A DNA stretch of 64,000 nucleotides, from assembly GCA_051294375.1 (NCBI GenBank), contig CM119269.1, forward strand, positions 3,018,026-3,082,025, written 5' to 3'. The position numbers and the translations under genes are program-made. Source of the DNA: Paraspadella gotoi. Taxonomy: Eukaryota > Animalia > Chaetognatha. Positions 26,523 through 41,300 of the stretch are shown piece after piece (the first letter of the stretch is position 1; each line of letters opens with the position of its first letter). The notes under the pieces are model-generated. The model was given only the letters and a program-made list of their open reading frames with translations, was not told the origin of the DNA and ran no database searches.

Positions 26523-28656
26523 CTGTCTCTTTCTCTCTCTGACTCTCTCTCTCTCTCTTTCTCTTTCTCTCTCTCTCTCTCTCTGTTCGTTGTCAACTTA
26601 TAATTTTTGGAAGTTTTTATCTAAATTTTTACCTCTTTTTATTTTTCGCTTTCCGTTTTATCTAAAAATATTAATAATGAATTTGTTTTGCGAAAAAAAT
26701 TTAATTGGTTTGACTTGCAAGATTTTATTTTATCGATGCAATTTGGTTCCCTGCGAGAGTTTACAAAACAAAATTTCATTAAAACGAGAAATAATTTTTT
26801 TTTTATATTGCGAGAATTCCGTCCTACCCTCCGAGGGAAATATTAATCTCTCCAAAGATGCTCTTTTGTTTCAGGCGCGACGGATTGTTCTTTTGTCCCT
26901 TTTCCCTTGAGATTTATGATTCTCTTCGCCCTTTAAAAGGTCATGTCGCGCGGGCAAATCCTCAAAGAGATAACGAAAGAGCATCTTTTTGAACCCAAGC
27001 CGCTGGATGAATCTGACGTCAATGACGATTCTGTTTTGACAATGACGATGAAGACGACGACGACAACGACAACGACGACGACGACGACGACCACGCCGGC
27101 TCCCACCAACGAAGCGCAAGAAGTTCCGAGTAAGTATAAAAAATTTCGAAATAAACATTAAATTTAAAGTTTAAAAAAAAATTAACTTAACAATATATTA
27201 ATTTTAAAACTTTTTTCTATTCTAAATTTCAGTACCGCGACACGCTCCGCGGCGCCGCATCGATCCCACCGCGGCGCCTATCCCGTTTCTGGCCCAGGCG
27301 TCTTTCTCCTTCAAACTCGGAATCGAACCCCGGATGTCACCCGGCGTCAAAGTTGTCGTCTATCACATCCGGGAAGACGGAGAAATCGTCGCAGATTCCG
27401 TCAACATCGTGGTGAGCGTCCTCCTCCTCAAATTGCACAACTTCCTCTTCTTCATTCCCCTTTACATCATAAATTCTCTTTCGCCATTCGCCTTTGCCAT
27501 TTGAATTCGCCACTCCTCATTCGGCTTTCACTTTTAAATTCGTCGTTGCCATTCGCCTTTCCCTTTTAAATTCGCCGTTGCCATTCGCCTTTCCCTTTTA
27601 AATTCTCTTTTGCCATTCGTATTTGCCATTTGAATTCGCCCTCCTCATTCGGCTTTTTTTTTTAAATTCGTCGTTGCCATTTGCCTTTCACTTTTAAATT
27701 CGTCGTTGCCATTCACCTTTCCCTTTTAAATTTGCCATTGCCATTCGCCTTTCCCCTTTAAATTCTTTTTCGCCATTCGCCATTTCCATTTGAATTCGCC
27801 CTCCTCATTCGCCTTTCCCTTTTAAATTCTCCATTGCCATTCGCCTTTCCCTTTTAAATTCACACTCATTGTTCGCCTTTCCCCTTTAAATTCGCCTTTC
27901 CTTCCATCAGACGCGGCGATGTCTAGAGAATTCCGTCTTCATGAGCTACAGAGAAGCGAAGACAGGAAAGCCGACGAAGGAGAGGCGGCCCGGAGAGAGA
28001 GTCACGGTTCGAGTTGAAGCTCACAGGTGAGCGAAGTCCGAAAGATGGAAATTTGGGTCAGGATCACTGGAAAATGGAGTTGGAAAAACTTTGTTGATGC
28101 TCGCAAATATACTAATATGTGAGAATAGCAGGTTAAATCTGTCGAAAAAATAAAATTACACTAATGGTGTAGGAAAAAAATCCAACGAATTTAGTAAGCA
28201 AAATAAAAAATCCAAATATGTAGTCGGGCATTGTATACAAAATGTGTAATCTTTTTCAGCAATTCTTTGTGTGGAGTCGGAATCGTGGATAAAAGCGCTC
28301 ACATTCTTGGAGGCAACAACCAACTGACGATAGATAAGGTTTTTAATTATTCTTATCAACATTATTTCTTAACAACATTGTACTCTTATCTTTTTCTCGT
28401 GAAATAAGAATTTTTTAAGAACTTACTCCGTAAAGAGCCTTCGAATTTCCTGTTGTCAATACTCGATCGTTCACTCCCTTTTGAAGGCTTTATTAATTTG
28501 TCCTTTTGTTTCTAAATTTCATATTTTTCTGGTCTTCAAGGTGTTTGATGATTTGTCCAACCGAATTCCGGGGCCTTCTTACTACTATCATGGAGAGTAT
28601 GAATATTGCAATGACATTATGGAGAAAAGAAGGCGGAAGAAGACTGAGGAAAGGTG

Positions 28657-28715
<59 letters not shown>

Positions 28716-31700
28716 TTTACTTTCTCAATAAAAGTTGTGATTATCAGTTTTTTTCTCTGTGGAATCGACTTCTTCGTTGTCGTCTTTGTCGAAATTCCCG
28801 TTTTCGTGCTATTTTTAAAGTCTTCGAGATTTTTCAGCGAGGCCTTAAGCGATGAATGATTTATAGCATTATCTGTGCAAAGAATATTAACATAAAAATG
28901 ATTCAGTGGTTTTTTTGTTTTTTTTTTGCCTTCGGCTTTTTTCGTCATCGTCGTTCCGCATGTCATCGTCGTCGTCGTCGTCGTCATCGTCGTTCCCCAT
29001 TCTGTCTTCAAGTTCTTTACCCGAAACGCAAACTCAACAATTTCTTCCTTCTCACCAATTATGGTGACGAAATAGAATGGGAGTGAGAAAAAAAGGGAAG
29101 TTGAAAGTGAAGGAAAGAGAGAGAATGTGGGTTAGGGAGGCGGAAAGAGAAAGTATATACATATATATAAGTATATAAGTATAAGTATATAAGTATATCA
29201 ATATAAAACTTTGGAAAAAAAAATCGAAAAGGAACTGATGTCAGAGAAAGGAAAGGAAAGAAGGGATTAGTGATCGCGAGCGAAAAAAAGAGAAAAAAAA
29301 AAGGAAAAAAAGAGTGCAGGAGGATGAGGACTTGAGGGGAGAGGGGGGGGGTAAAGAGGATGTGGACCTGAGGGGCGGGGGGCCAAGAGGAAGGGGCGAG
29401 AAGGCAAGCGAAAAAAATTTATAAATAGCAAAAAGCCAAACGGAAATTGGAGGTAAAACGTCTGATGGAAGAGGTGGAACGAAATTGGCCAGGTGAGACT
29501 CTCGGGAAGAAAACGTTTGATCCCAAAGATACTGAGAAGAAAAATCGAAGCAAATCTTGGATATAATAAAAGAGGAAAGGGTAAAAGGTGAACGAACTAA
29601 GAGGAGGAAAAATAGGAAAGAATATAAGGGCGACAAAAAGGAAATAGGAGAGTAAGAAGGAAATCAAAATACGTAAATGGAAAATTTGGAAAGTGAAAAC
29701 ATAACGATATTTTATTTTTTTTGGAAATGGGATGTAAAAGTGGCAATAAAGCTAGACAACGTTAAAAAAAAATAAATAAAAAAGCCTAAAATTGGAACGA
29801 AAATTGAAAGCTTTATTTCATCGAAAATGTCTTTCGTCGACAGAGCGAATAAAACGAGAACAACGCCGGAGACGACGCCGGAGACGCCGCCGGAGACGAC
29901 GCCGGAAGTGGCGGAGGTGGCGGCGGGGTTACTGCCAGAGTCGCCGCGGCGCCGCAAGCGCGACATCATGATGCCCGGAATGGGGTCGGACAATTACGTT
30001 GACTCCCTCAAAGCCTTCAAGGTTCGTAGCGGGGAAAAAAAGGAGAGGGAAGATTCTTAAAGTTTAGACTCATCAGTCATCGACGATGAGAAATTCGCTA
30101 TCCAATCACGACCTCGAGAATCGAACACGAAACAATTGAAATAATATCCTCAAAGAGAGATTTCTTATAATATAATTATTAATTAATAAAATAACACCTA
30201 AGGGAGTGGTGTTTTTATACAATTTAAACGTTCTTTGAAATATCATACCACTTTATTGATAGGGAAGCCAGGTACTCCGGGAGTGAATAAACGAGACTGT
30301 GAGAGAGTTTTGATTGACAGCTTGCAGGGACCTGATATGTCATTATCTTGTAAGAGTGATGGAGGCCTTAAACCACCAAAGCTTGTCCAATGTCAGAGGA
30401 AAGATAGCTTATTTATTAAATGAATGAATAATTGTTATATTGATTGTACCAATTTCATAATAATAAACGAATAATTTGAAGAAAAAAAACATTGTTATCA
30501 AAAACGTGCATTTCTTATTTCTCTTTTTCATCACTCAAAGGATTCTTCCCTCGTGGCGTTGACCGATTTGACTCTGATGACGCGCCCTTGCCTTCGACGC
30601 TACTACTACGGGGCCTACGGTAAAGCGTTTTTTGTTTTATTTTTATTAGATGTGTAAATGTTTTAAAAAAATGGGAAGCATTTTGCGACAAAGGCACATC
30701 TCTCTAGCTTTACCCGATGCGCTAGGAAAAACTGATCATGATCAGGTAGAAGGTTATTAATGTATAATGTATTAATGTATATGACTCGCCTTGTTGCAAA
30801 CGTATTAAGATTTCGAAGAAGACGACGACTACGAAGTGATGGAAGAGTCCTTGGCATTCGCTGCGCCGGAGTCGGGGGCAGCGGCGAAGGCAGCAGCGGT
30901 CGGGTCCGCTCCGAATCAACGCCAATCCGGTCTCGCGCTGCGGTCTTACTTTCCCGAAACTTGGCTCTGGAAATTGGCGCCGGTTGGGTGAGAAGAAGGG
31001 AACCGGATGTTAAGGGAAGGATGTAAGAGCAGAGTAATGAGAGAAACTGAGATTATTAATGGATTAATGAATGAATTAATGAATGACCGAATTCTCTTCT
31101 CATCCCCAACCCCAGATCCGACGGTGTGGCGGAGATTGAAACTCGCCTTCCTCACTCAATCACTTCCTGGGTTGGTCACGCCATCTGTACTCATGAAGAT
31201 AAGGGAATTGGATTGGCGCAGAACGTCGGGGTCTATGGTAAGTCTCGACTTAAGTTTATATAAGCTATTTAAAAAAAATAAAAGTTAACCCAATTTTTGA
31301 GAGGCATGATTAATTGATTATGTTAGTTCGTTTGTTTTTAGAGATCAGAATTATATTAGACTACTAATATAAAATAAAAGTTCTTATCATTTAACTGTAT
31401 AGTAAAAGTGACAAAAAATAACTCAATCACCAAAAAAAATAATGATTTTGAAAAAAAAATTGGCAATTACATGTGGGGGATTAGGGTTTCCTCGCTTAAT
31501 TGGGCCCGTGAAAAATTTTCTCCCCATCGAGGTCGTTCGAAATTCATCAAAAAAAATTTTTTTTTTGTTTCAGTTTCAAATGGAATTCTAGGTTAAAAAA
31601 AGTTTAATTTTGAGAAAAACTTTTTTTTCGTTTCAGCTTTTCAGCCATTTTTCGTCTCTTACACTCTCCCTTACTCGGCCGTCAGAGGAGAGAAATTACC

Positions 31701-32597
31701 CGTGAAAGTAAGTCAAAGCTAAAAAAAGGTGAGCTAATTTACTCAATAGTGAGCTTATTTTTTGAATTTCTTTCCAGCTGTGACTTAAAGCTACTTTTGT
31801 TTTTAATTCTGTCTTTCTGTCTCTCTGACCAAGAATATAGATCATAATTTCTAAATTCGTTTAAATTTAAAAGCAAAATAAGTGTAAGATTTGACATATC
31901 CGCTTCTTGCCTTTTTCGAAACAGGTGACAGTCTTCAACTACTTGACCAAGTGTTTGACGGTGCTGCTGCGGCTCAAACGCGCCGCCGCCTTCGAAGTCG
32001 TCGGCAGCCGGGAGGAGACGCTGTGCGTCTGCAGCTCCGCCTCCGTTACGACCGTCTTCAGAATCGAGCCCAAGTAAATTATATAATGTATATATCTAAT
32101 CTGGATCTTTTTTATACTTTTATACTTTTTACTTTTGTGATAAAGTAATTATCGCGAATTATTATTATTATTTTTTTTTTGGGTGGGGGATAAATATGGG
32201 AAGATTTTACGACGATTTGTATATCTGAGTCATTAAATCATCTACACATATATATAGTATATAAATGATATATATATAATTATATATTGGTTGTACCAAT
32301 TTCATATATATGTATAATGAAAATACTTATTTTTTTGTCTTCTAACTGTTCAATCCCTCGTCGCCCACAAATTCCCATCACAACCGCCCCCCCCCAACCG
32401 CCCCCCAATTCAAGGAACATCGGGACGACGAAACGTGACGGTGACGGCGACGACGATATCGTCGCGACCCGATCTGTGCGACGGCGAAGACCCGGAAATG
32501 GCCGACGCGGATTACGAGGGAATTAGGGACGCATTGTCAAACCGATTATTGTCGAGGTTTTGAAGATTGATTGATTGAATGATTGATGTGACCAGAT

Positions 32598-32651
<54 letters not shown>

Positions 32652-32757
32652 GTATGTACTCTTCTGTATGTACATCGTTTTATATACCGCTCTTTAACGA
32701 TTTTTATGGTTAATGTGTTAATTGTCCTATTTATGAGCATTACAAATCAAATCAAAT

Positions 32758-32794
<37 letters not shown>

Positions 32795-35700
32795 TTTTTC
32801 TCTCCTTCTCTCTCTCTCCCCCTCTCTCTATTTTTTTTCTCTTTCTCTCTTTCTCCTCTCTCTCTTTCTCTCTTTCTCTTTTTCTCTCTTTCTCTCTTTC
32901 TCTCTCTCTCTCACACTTTCCTTTTTATTTTTAGTAGGCAATTGACTATATTCATAAGTGAAACTAATAAAGAAATAAAAAAAACCTAAATTCAGAGCGA
33001 AAAAGTTTTCACGAACATTTTTCACGATTGAATTTGATTTTAATTCAAAGAATTTGAATATGAAATTGCAAACTAAACGCAGTAGAGAAAAGAAAAGAGA
33101 GAGAGAGAGAGAGAGAGAGAGACCCGTAAAAGTTAATATTAACGCGTCTGAAAAGGGGGGAAAAAAGAAACGTTAATTTTTAATTACACGATTTTACCGG
33201 TTTCGTTCGAAAGGAGTTAATTAACTCGTTGAATGGAAAATCCTCAAAATGGAACAACGACGATAACGACGACGACCACCATGACGACAACAACGACGAC
33301 CACCATGACGACAACAACGACGATAACGACGACGACCACCATGACGACAACAACGACGATAATGACGACGACCACCATGACGACAACCGCGAAGTTAAGG
33401 ACTAATTTTTTAAAAAAAAATATTTTTTTAGCCAAAATCATAAAGGTCGTCTTCTTTTTTTATTTAAATAGAAAATCGAGAGATAAGAACCGAGCGAATT
33501 TTTTGACAAGCGACGGAAATTCTATTGAGAGTTGAATCACTTGATAAACCCACGTCAACAACTCATATTTTTCACGCCACCTCACCGCTCCTCACCCCTC
33601 GACTTTTCACCCACTCTCACTTTTCACCCCTTCTAACTCGTTTTCCCAGGCGGAAGGAATCCCCCAGGAATATTCCCTCAACGACCTCATTTGCCCCAAG
33701 TCGTCGTCGTCGACCAACCGTTCGGGCGCCGTTTGGCAGAAGGAGTTGGACCTCGACATCCCGCCATCCGCGCAGGGATACGTGGACGGGTCGGGACGGG
33801 CAGAGGTCACGGGTAATGACCTAGGATTTACATTTAACGGGGAGTGGGAAAATAATGAGTGAGGTGAAGAAAGAGAGCGTGAGAAAAGGGAGAGAAGAAG
33901 AAGAAAAAAAGAGAAGAAGAAGAGAAAAGAGAAGAAAGTGGAAAGGGAGAGAAGAAGAAGAAGAAAAAGAAGAAGAAGAGAAAAGAGAAGAAAGAGGGAA
34001 GGGAGAGAAGAAGAAGAAGAAGAAGAAGAGAAAAGAGAAGGAAGAGGAAAGGCGTAGGTAGAGGGAGGCAGAAAGAGGGAGGGGAAAGCCCAATTCTTCA
34101 GAATGCTGATAGGGCCTCAAGCTTTCAAGAGAAGTTAAATAAACCTAATATATAAAGACTAAAGTAATCCTGATTATGTTTCTTTTCAATTTTGTTTCAA
34201 AATAAACTAACAAAATACTTTATATATTTGTTTTACTTTGAAGCAAGACAATTTTATTAGTCATATATCCGTTGATGTCCAACCATTTTCTTCATTTCCT
34301 TCCACTCCTCGTCCCCGCCTCCACGCCCCCGCCTCCGCGCCCCCACCTCTACCATAACTACATCCTCCCCATCTTTCAAAGTGATCGGCGACGTGATGGG
34401 GTCGGCGATGGACAACATCGACCGACTGCTGGAGATGCCCTACGGATGCGGAGAGCAGAACATGGTCAAGTTCGCCCCCAACATCTTCATCGTCAAATAC
34501 TTGGAGGACACCGGACGATCCGATCCAGACATCGCGGGTCAGTTCGTGGCCGCCAGTTGGCCAAAACAGGGTTCTTAAGAAGAAGGGTTTGAAATTGTAA
34601 TAGCAAATTCTTTCCTTTTCTATATATGTATGTTTTTAATTGATTTAACTCAATTCAAGTCAAAATCTCTTTCCACAAATCCGCAATTTGTTAGATCCAT
34701 TTAAACCACCTACCCCTTAATCCTCAAATTCACGAAATCCACAAATCCTGCCAAAGTTCTGCCACATCCCATATCCAAATTCCCCTTTGCTCCAACCAGA
34801 AAAGGCGAGGCTCTATCTTCGCACTGGTTACCAGAGGGAGCTCCAGTACCGACATCCCGACGGCTCCTACTCGGCCTTCGGTCCTCGATCCAGCAGTTGG
34901 TTTTGGGACGACGTCGTCGAGGACGCAGTCGTCGATCTGGTCGTCAACGACACCGGCGTCTTCGTGGTCAACGCGACCGACGACTACACCGACGTCTCCT
35001 ACGAGTATGTCGACGATGACGACTCCGAGGAGCGGACGCCCACTTCCGCTCCTTCTCCAGGAACTCCGCCGAAAACGGAACCCGGAAGTCTCTGGTTGAC
35101 CGCCTTCGTACTCAAGTGCTTCGCGCAGGTGGTTCTCTCTCTCTCTCTCTCTCTCTCTTAGTTATGTCACCATCTGCCCTCGCAACGTTTGTAGAGAGTT
35201 ATCTTTCCAAGGACGATATAAATATATGAAGGAAGCCCTTATGTCCAGAACAAAACAAAAGATAAAAGAAAGATTTTCCTCGGAGGTTTCGCGAACAAAA
35301 GAATCACTTCTTCCCTGATGAATGATGGAAAAGAAAAGATTAAATCGTGAATTAATCATTTCTATTCTTTTTTCTCTCATCCACACCCCCCCCACCACCC
35401 CCCCCCACCACCATCACCGCCAGGCTCAACCCTTCGTCTTCATCGACGAGAACGATGTCTCCAAGTCCGTAGAATTTCTCAAGCGGCATCAGACTCCGGA
35501 CGGGGACTTCCCGGTGGTGGGGCGTCTCTTCTCCAAGTCGCTCAAGGGAGGACTGGCCGGCGCGGAGGGAGACGAGGTGAGTGAGGCGAGTGAGGTTTAG
35601 CGAGGAAAGTGAGGTGAGCGAGGAAAGTGAGGTGAGCGAGGAAAGTGGGCGATGACGACCGAAGGGCGATCTCCGGTCGTGAGGTAAAAATCGGGAAATG

Positions 35701-38071
35701 GCGAGGAACGAGAGATAAGAGGCGAAGAAAGATGAGAAAAAAATTGGACAGAAAAGACAAAGAGGCGAAGGCGGAGGCGTTAAGCTGATGAATGAGACCA
35801 ACAACTCCGGTCTCGGGGAAAAAAAAGAAGATTTCCTCTCATTCGAGTACTCGCGGAACAACTCTATAAGTCACTTTTCGGTCGGTCGGTCCGTCGGTCG
35901 GTCAGCATGTCTGTTCCTCGGTTTGTCCCACGTTAAAAGTGCTTATAATTCGCCTATAGTTAGTTGTTCATTTGTTAAGACAGAAAAAAAAACTTCCAAG
36001 TCTAAGGGAATGCTCGCGCCGCCTTTAGGAAATTCTACAACAATAAAGAATAAAAGACGGAATTCCGATGCGACGATGGAAGCAGCAAAAGAGATAAGTT
36101 TTGTGCATGTGTTTTATTCCGCTGCTTCATGAGCCGCAGCAAGGGGGTATCGATGGAAAAAAGTGCTCATACATGTGAAAATAAAGTCACTCCGGCGCAA
36201 CACATTGGATGAACGGATCTTGTTTTTCTTTTTCTTTCTCTCTCTTCTCTTGTCCTCTCTCTCCCTTTTTATTGCTCCGTTTTTCTTTTCATCTTTTTTA
36301 AATTTTTTATCCCATTCGCTCCTTTGTCACTGACCCCCATTTTTTTTTTAAACTCTCTTTTCTCGTTTCTTTTCTCCTTTTTCTTACTTTGTTCCTGCTT
36401 TTCTCTTTTCCCTCCTTCCTTCTTTTTATCACCTACATTATCCTCGATATTTTTTTATTGTTTTTTTTCCCCAACCTCTATTCTGTCAATAACCTTTATT
36501 TTTAAAACCCTTATCTCATTTCTTTAATTGTTTCTTTTTTCTACTTTCTAACTACTTTTCTTATCATTACTTTCTAATTAATCTTTTCTTCTTATTTCCT
36601 CCTTTTCTTCCTCTTTTTCCTTTCCATCCAGAACGCCCCCAACGTGGGGCTCACGGCCTTCGCGCTCATCTCTCTGCTGGAGGCCAATCTGAGCCGCGGG
36701 GACGACGTCGTGGACAAAGGCTTCCAGTTCTTGGAGACGGTGGATCCCACCAAGGGTGAGATCGAGCGGTGTTGGGATGCTGGGGTATGAGGAATAAAGC
36801 TGGATGTTACGATATCCCTCAATTAATAACGATTAAAGTTAGCTATGAATAATTTTTATTGATGCAATTGACTAATGTTTACGGAAGTTTAATCCCCATA
36901 ACATTCTCGTTAACATTATGTTTTTTTTAAATTTTGATTGTACATCGAAAGCTAAGCTGTATGGATTAAAGCGTTGCAAACTATAATTTCTTATAAAAAT
37001 AACTATTAAGCAATAATGAGTTAAATCAAAGCTCAACAACCATAGGTTTACATGTTAACAAGAAAAAAAAGGAAATTGCACTGCTTGACTGAGCGACCAA
37101 ATGTCATTGGTCATTCTAAACACGATTTTTCTTCCCCCCCTCGAGTCTAATGTTGCTTGTTATTGACAGGAACCAAACTTCGCCTTCTCGAATTTTGTTT
37201 TCTCTCTGAGCAAAAATTTTTGAGGTCGTCAAGGCGTTGGAGGAATGATAAACAGTTACTACAGCTTTTATTAAGCTAAAGTTTAAATTCCCCCCACTCT
37301 TTTACTTTCATCCCTATATTCATTTTTACTTTCCTTCCTCCCCGGCACCCTTTTTAGTCTCGTCAATTTTGTTCATTTCCTTTATTTTGGTTTATTTCCT
37401 CCTTTTTAATCTTGTTCATTTTCTTTATTTTGCTTTATTTCCTCCTTTTTAATCTTGTTAATCTTGTTCATTTCCTTTATTTTGCTTAATTTCCTCCTTT
37501 TTAATCTTGTTAATCTTGTTCATTTCCTTTATTTTGCTTAATTACCTCCTTTTTAATCTTGTTCATTTTCTTTATTTTGCTTTATTTCCTCCTTTTTAAT
37601 CTTGTTAATCTTGTTCATTTCCTTTATTTTGTTTAATTTTCTCCTTTTTAATCTTGTTAATCTTGTTCATTTTCTTTATTTTGCTTAATTTCCTCCTTTT
37701 TAATCTTGTTAATCCTGTTCATTTTCTTTATTTTGTTTAATTTCCTCCTTTTTAATCTTGTTAATCTTGTTCATTTCCTTTATTTTGCTTTATTTCCTCC
37801 TTTTTAATCTTGTTAATCTTGTTCATTTCCTTTATTTTGCTTAATTTCCTCCTTTTTAATCTTGTTAATCTTGTTCATTTCCTTTATTTTCCTCCATCTT
37901 CTCCCCAAATCGTTCTTTCCCTTTTTTTTCAGTTTTACTTTCCCCATAAGTTTTCACAGATTTTCTCTCTGAGGTCATCAGTGATTTCTGTTTTTCCCCA
38001 TTTGGCTATCAGTCGTGAAATTTTGTCACGGGGATTTGGCCTCTGGACCAAAATATCGGGAATCGATTTGA

Positions 38072-38115
<44 letters not shown>

Positions 38116-39147
38116 GGTGAAATATTTGGACCTGGGAACATTAAGATTTTTTTCTTCGTCAACGGGTCCAGTGATACTCTCTCCCTTCCGCGTCGTAAGG
38201 TCTTTTCTCAGTCAGATGTCCCCCCCAAATTCCCATGTCTTCTCTTTTCTTTAGTTTTTTTTTCTTTTCCTTTTTATCTCTTTTCTTTGATTGATTTTTG
38301 TTCCCTCTATTCTTCGTTGAGGCGACAAGCGGAATCTCTGCCAACCGCCGGCGTTTCATTTTTTTATTCCTTGTATATTAGGGTGGAGTGATGAAAAGAT
38401 AGAGCGATTGAACATTATTTCTTTGATGCCTATGGACATGCAATTAATAAATTTTTATGCATAACAGTATAGTAAATTCAATTATTTATATTGTAATATC
38501 CTTATAAAAGCATAAAATTTTAAAATAATTTTTAACTTTTATAAAATATGTTATATAATATATCACTGTTTAGATTTCAAAAATTGACTAAAACGTTTTA
38601 ACATATATAAGTTTTTACTACAGAGAATAAAAAAAGTTTTGAAGTTTTATCTTTTTTCCCCGTTTTAAATGCTGAAGATGACAGAATGCTTTATAGCATG
38701 TTTTATATTTTTTGATTTAACTCTTTATATAGAATCTGAATCTTTATTAAAAGTTTTTTTTTTAAATATTTTTATAATTTACTATTTTATAAGAATATTA
38801 CTACAAATATATTGTATTTTACTATTCTGTTCCCGAGACTATATGAACAAAATATTTTTTGTACTAGTTAATCATACTATCTCACATCTAAATATCCTTG
38901 TTCGATCACTCAAATAACTGTTTTGTTCTTGAGTGCTCCACTCTATTGTATATTGAAAAAAAAAATCGTATTTTCTGGCTGAGAATCTTCCGAAGCCAAC
39001 TATTCACGGTCATAAAAATTATAAATAAAAATAAAAACTATTCACGGTCATAAAAATTGCAAACGTCGATCGAATCAATTTTGTTCTCCAGTTGACACTT
39101 TCACGGCGGCGATGGTGAGTTACGCCTTTGCCAAGATGGAGGCGGGT

Positions 39148-39188
<41 letters not shown>

Positions 39189-39796
39189 CAAGGCTGAAGA
39201 GTGGATCAAGGACCTGGAGTCACGTGCAGTCGTCGAGGACGGGGGAAGGTGTGTGTGGCACCGTGACTGTGAGGTTGGGGGGTGTATGAGGCGAGGTGGC
39301 AATTTGGACATTGAGGTATGCGAAAGGTGACCGTTAAAATTTGTGGTCAGCATGATAACTGATAAGTGCAATAGATTTGGGCGAGAGAAAGAAATAAAAA
39401 GATAATCTTCGAATTAAACTCAGCGTGAATTTAATTAATTTAAATGCATTTAATTTTTAAAAAAATAGTAGGCATTAAAAAAAAGATTGAAAAGTTTAAA
39501 TATGCAAATGTTTTTAGTTTTAAACTTAATTAAACGATATTAAACTCCTGGTTTCATTCTTCAGGTTTTGGCGATCGCGACCGGCGCCGCCCCCCGACAC
39601 CGTCGTCGGATGGACGCCGCCCTGGCGCCGCGCAGACGCCGCCGCCGTCGAGACGACCGCCTACGCCCTCATGAGCCTCATTTTGACGCGAGAAAGAGGA
39701 GGAGGAGGAGGAGAAGGAGGGATCGCCGATCTCAACCCGATCGTCGTTTGGATGACGAGACAGAGAAACGCCTTCGGAGGCTTCGCTTCGACTCAG

Positions 39797-39832
<36 letters not shown>

Positions 39833-39910
39833 CAAAGAGAAAGAGAAAGAGAAAGAGAGAGAGAAGAGAAGAGAGAGAGAGAGAGGAGAGAGAGAGGGAG
39901 AGAGAGAGAA

Positions 39911-39964
<54 letters not shown>

Positions 39965-40902
39965 AGAGGAGAGAAGAGAGAGAGAGCAGAGAGCCAAAGG
40001 AGCTAAGTTATACCTCATAGGACACGGTGGTTGGCATCCAAGCTCTAACCGCCTACGCGAGCGCCATCACAGTAGGCGCCAAAGTTAAAATGGCGGTACG
40101 TTTCCGCCGCGCCGACGACCCTTCTACGGTGCGCGAGATTTCCATCGGTACTGCAAACGCTTTGGTGCTGCATCGAGCGAGCGTGGATGCGTTGCCTGCA
40201 GTGCTGCAGGTGCAAGGCAAAGGACAAGGATGCGCGGTGCTTCAAGCGACCGTCAGGTGCGGTTATGGCGGCGAAGCGGTGGAGCTGGAAGATTATTTGT
40301 TTTATAAACAAATTGAATATTAAACAAATTGGCGACTTGTTTGAAATTTTTTTTTAAAATCAGAACCAACGTCTCTATATCTCTCCAGATTCAACGTGGC
40401 CGGCCTGGCGCCATCTATCCCCAAATTCTATCTCAACTGGCGCCTCTCCGCCTCCGATGGCGCCACCATTATCTCTGGTTACGGCGCTGCGTGCGACGCC
40501 GCCACGTTGCAGATCTGCGTCTCCTACACCGGCGCCGCCGACGCCTCCAACATGGCCATCCTGGAAGTGAAGGCTGTGACGGGGTGGGCGCCGACGAAGG
40601 AGCGGCTCGACAAGCTCGTCGCACGCGGAGTGAGTCCGGCGTCGTTGGATCAGTTCGCAGCAGCTTCGTCGATGCTTTTCTCTCAAAATTGTCGATTATA
40701 AATTAAATTAATGTTATTAAAATTTCAAAATTACTTGTTTCCCTATTTTAAGTATTAGATTTTATAATTTTCATTAATAAAAAAAAATTAAGAATCGTAA
40801 CTAGCGAATGGATCATCCACGCCCATGCGCTTTTCACTTTGTTTACATTTCGTTTCCAATCAATTTTTGTAGTTTCGATGTAAGCTTCCACTTCGTTGGT
40901 TC

Positions 40903-40975
<73 letters not shown>

Positions 40976-41119
40976 CTCTCTCTCTCATCTCTGTCCTCTC
41001 TCCTCTCGCCAGAGCCACCTCATCTTCCTCGTCTACTCACTCTCTCTCTCGTCCTCGTCAATCCCTCTCTCTCCCTCCTTCCATCCTCTCTCCTCACACA
41101 GCTCTCAGATCTCTCATCT

Positions 41120-41163
<44 letters not shown>

Positions 41164-41217
41164 GCCTTTTCTGGATCTTTGTAGTTTCGATGTAAGCTTC
41201 CACTTCGTTGGTTCATG

Positions 41218-41300
<83 letters not shown>

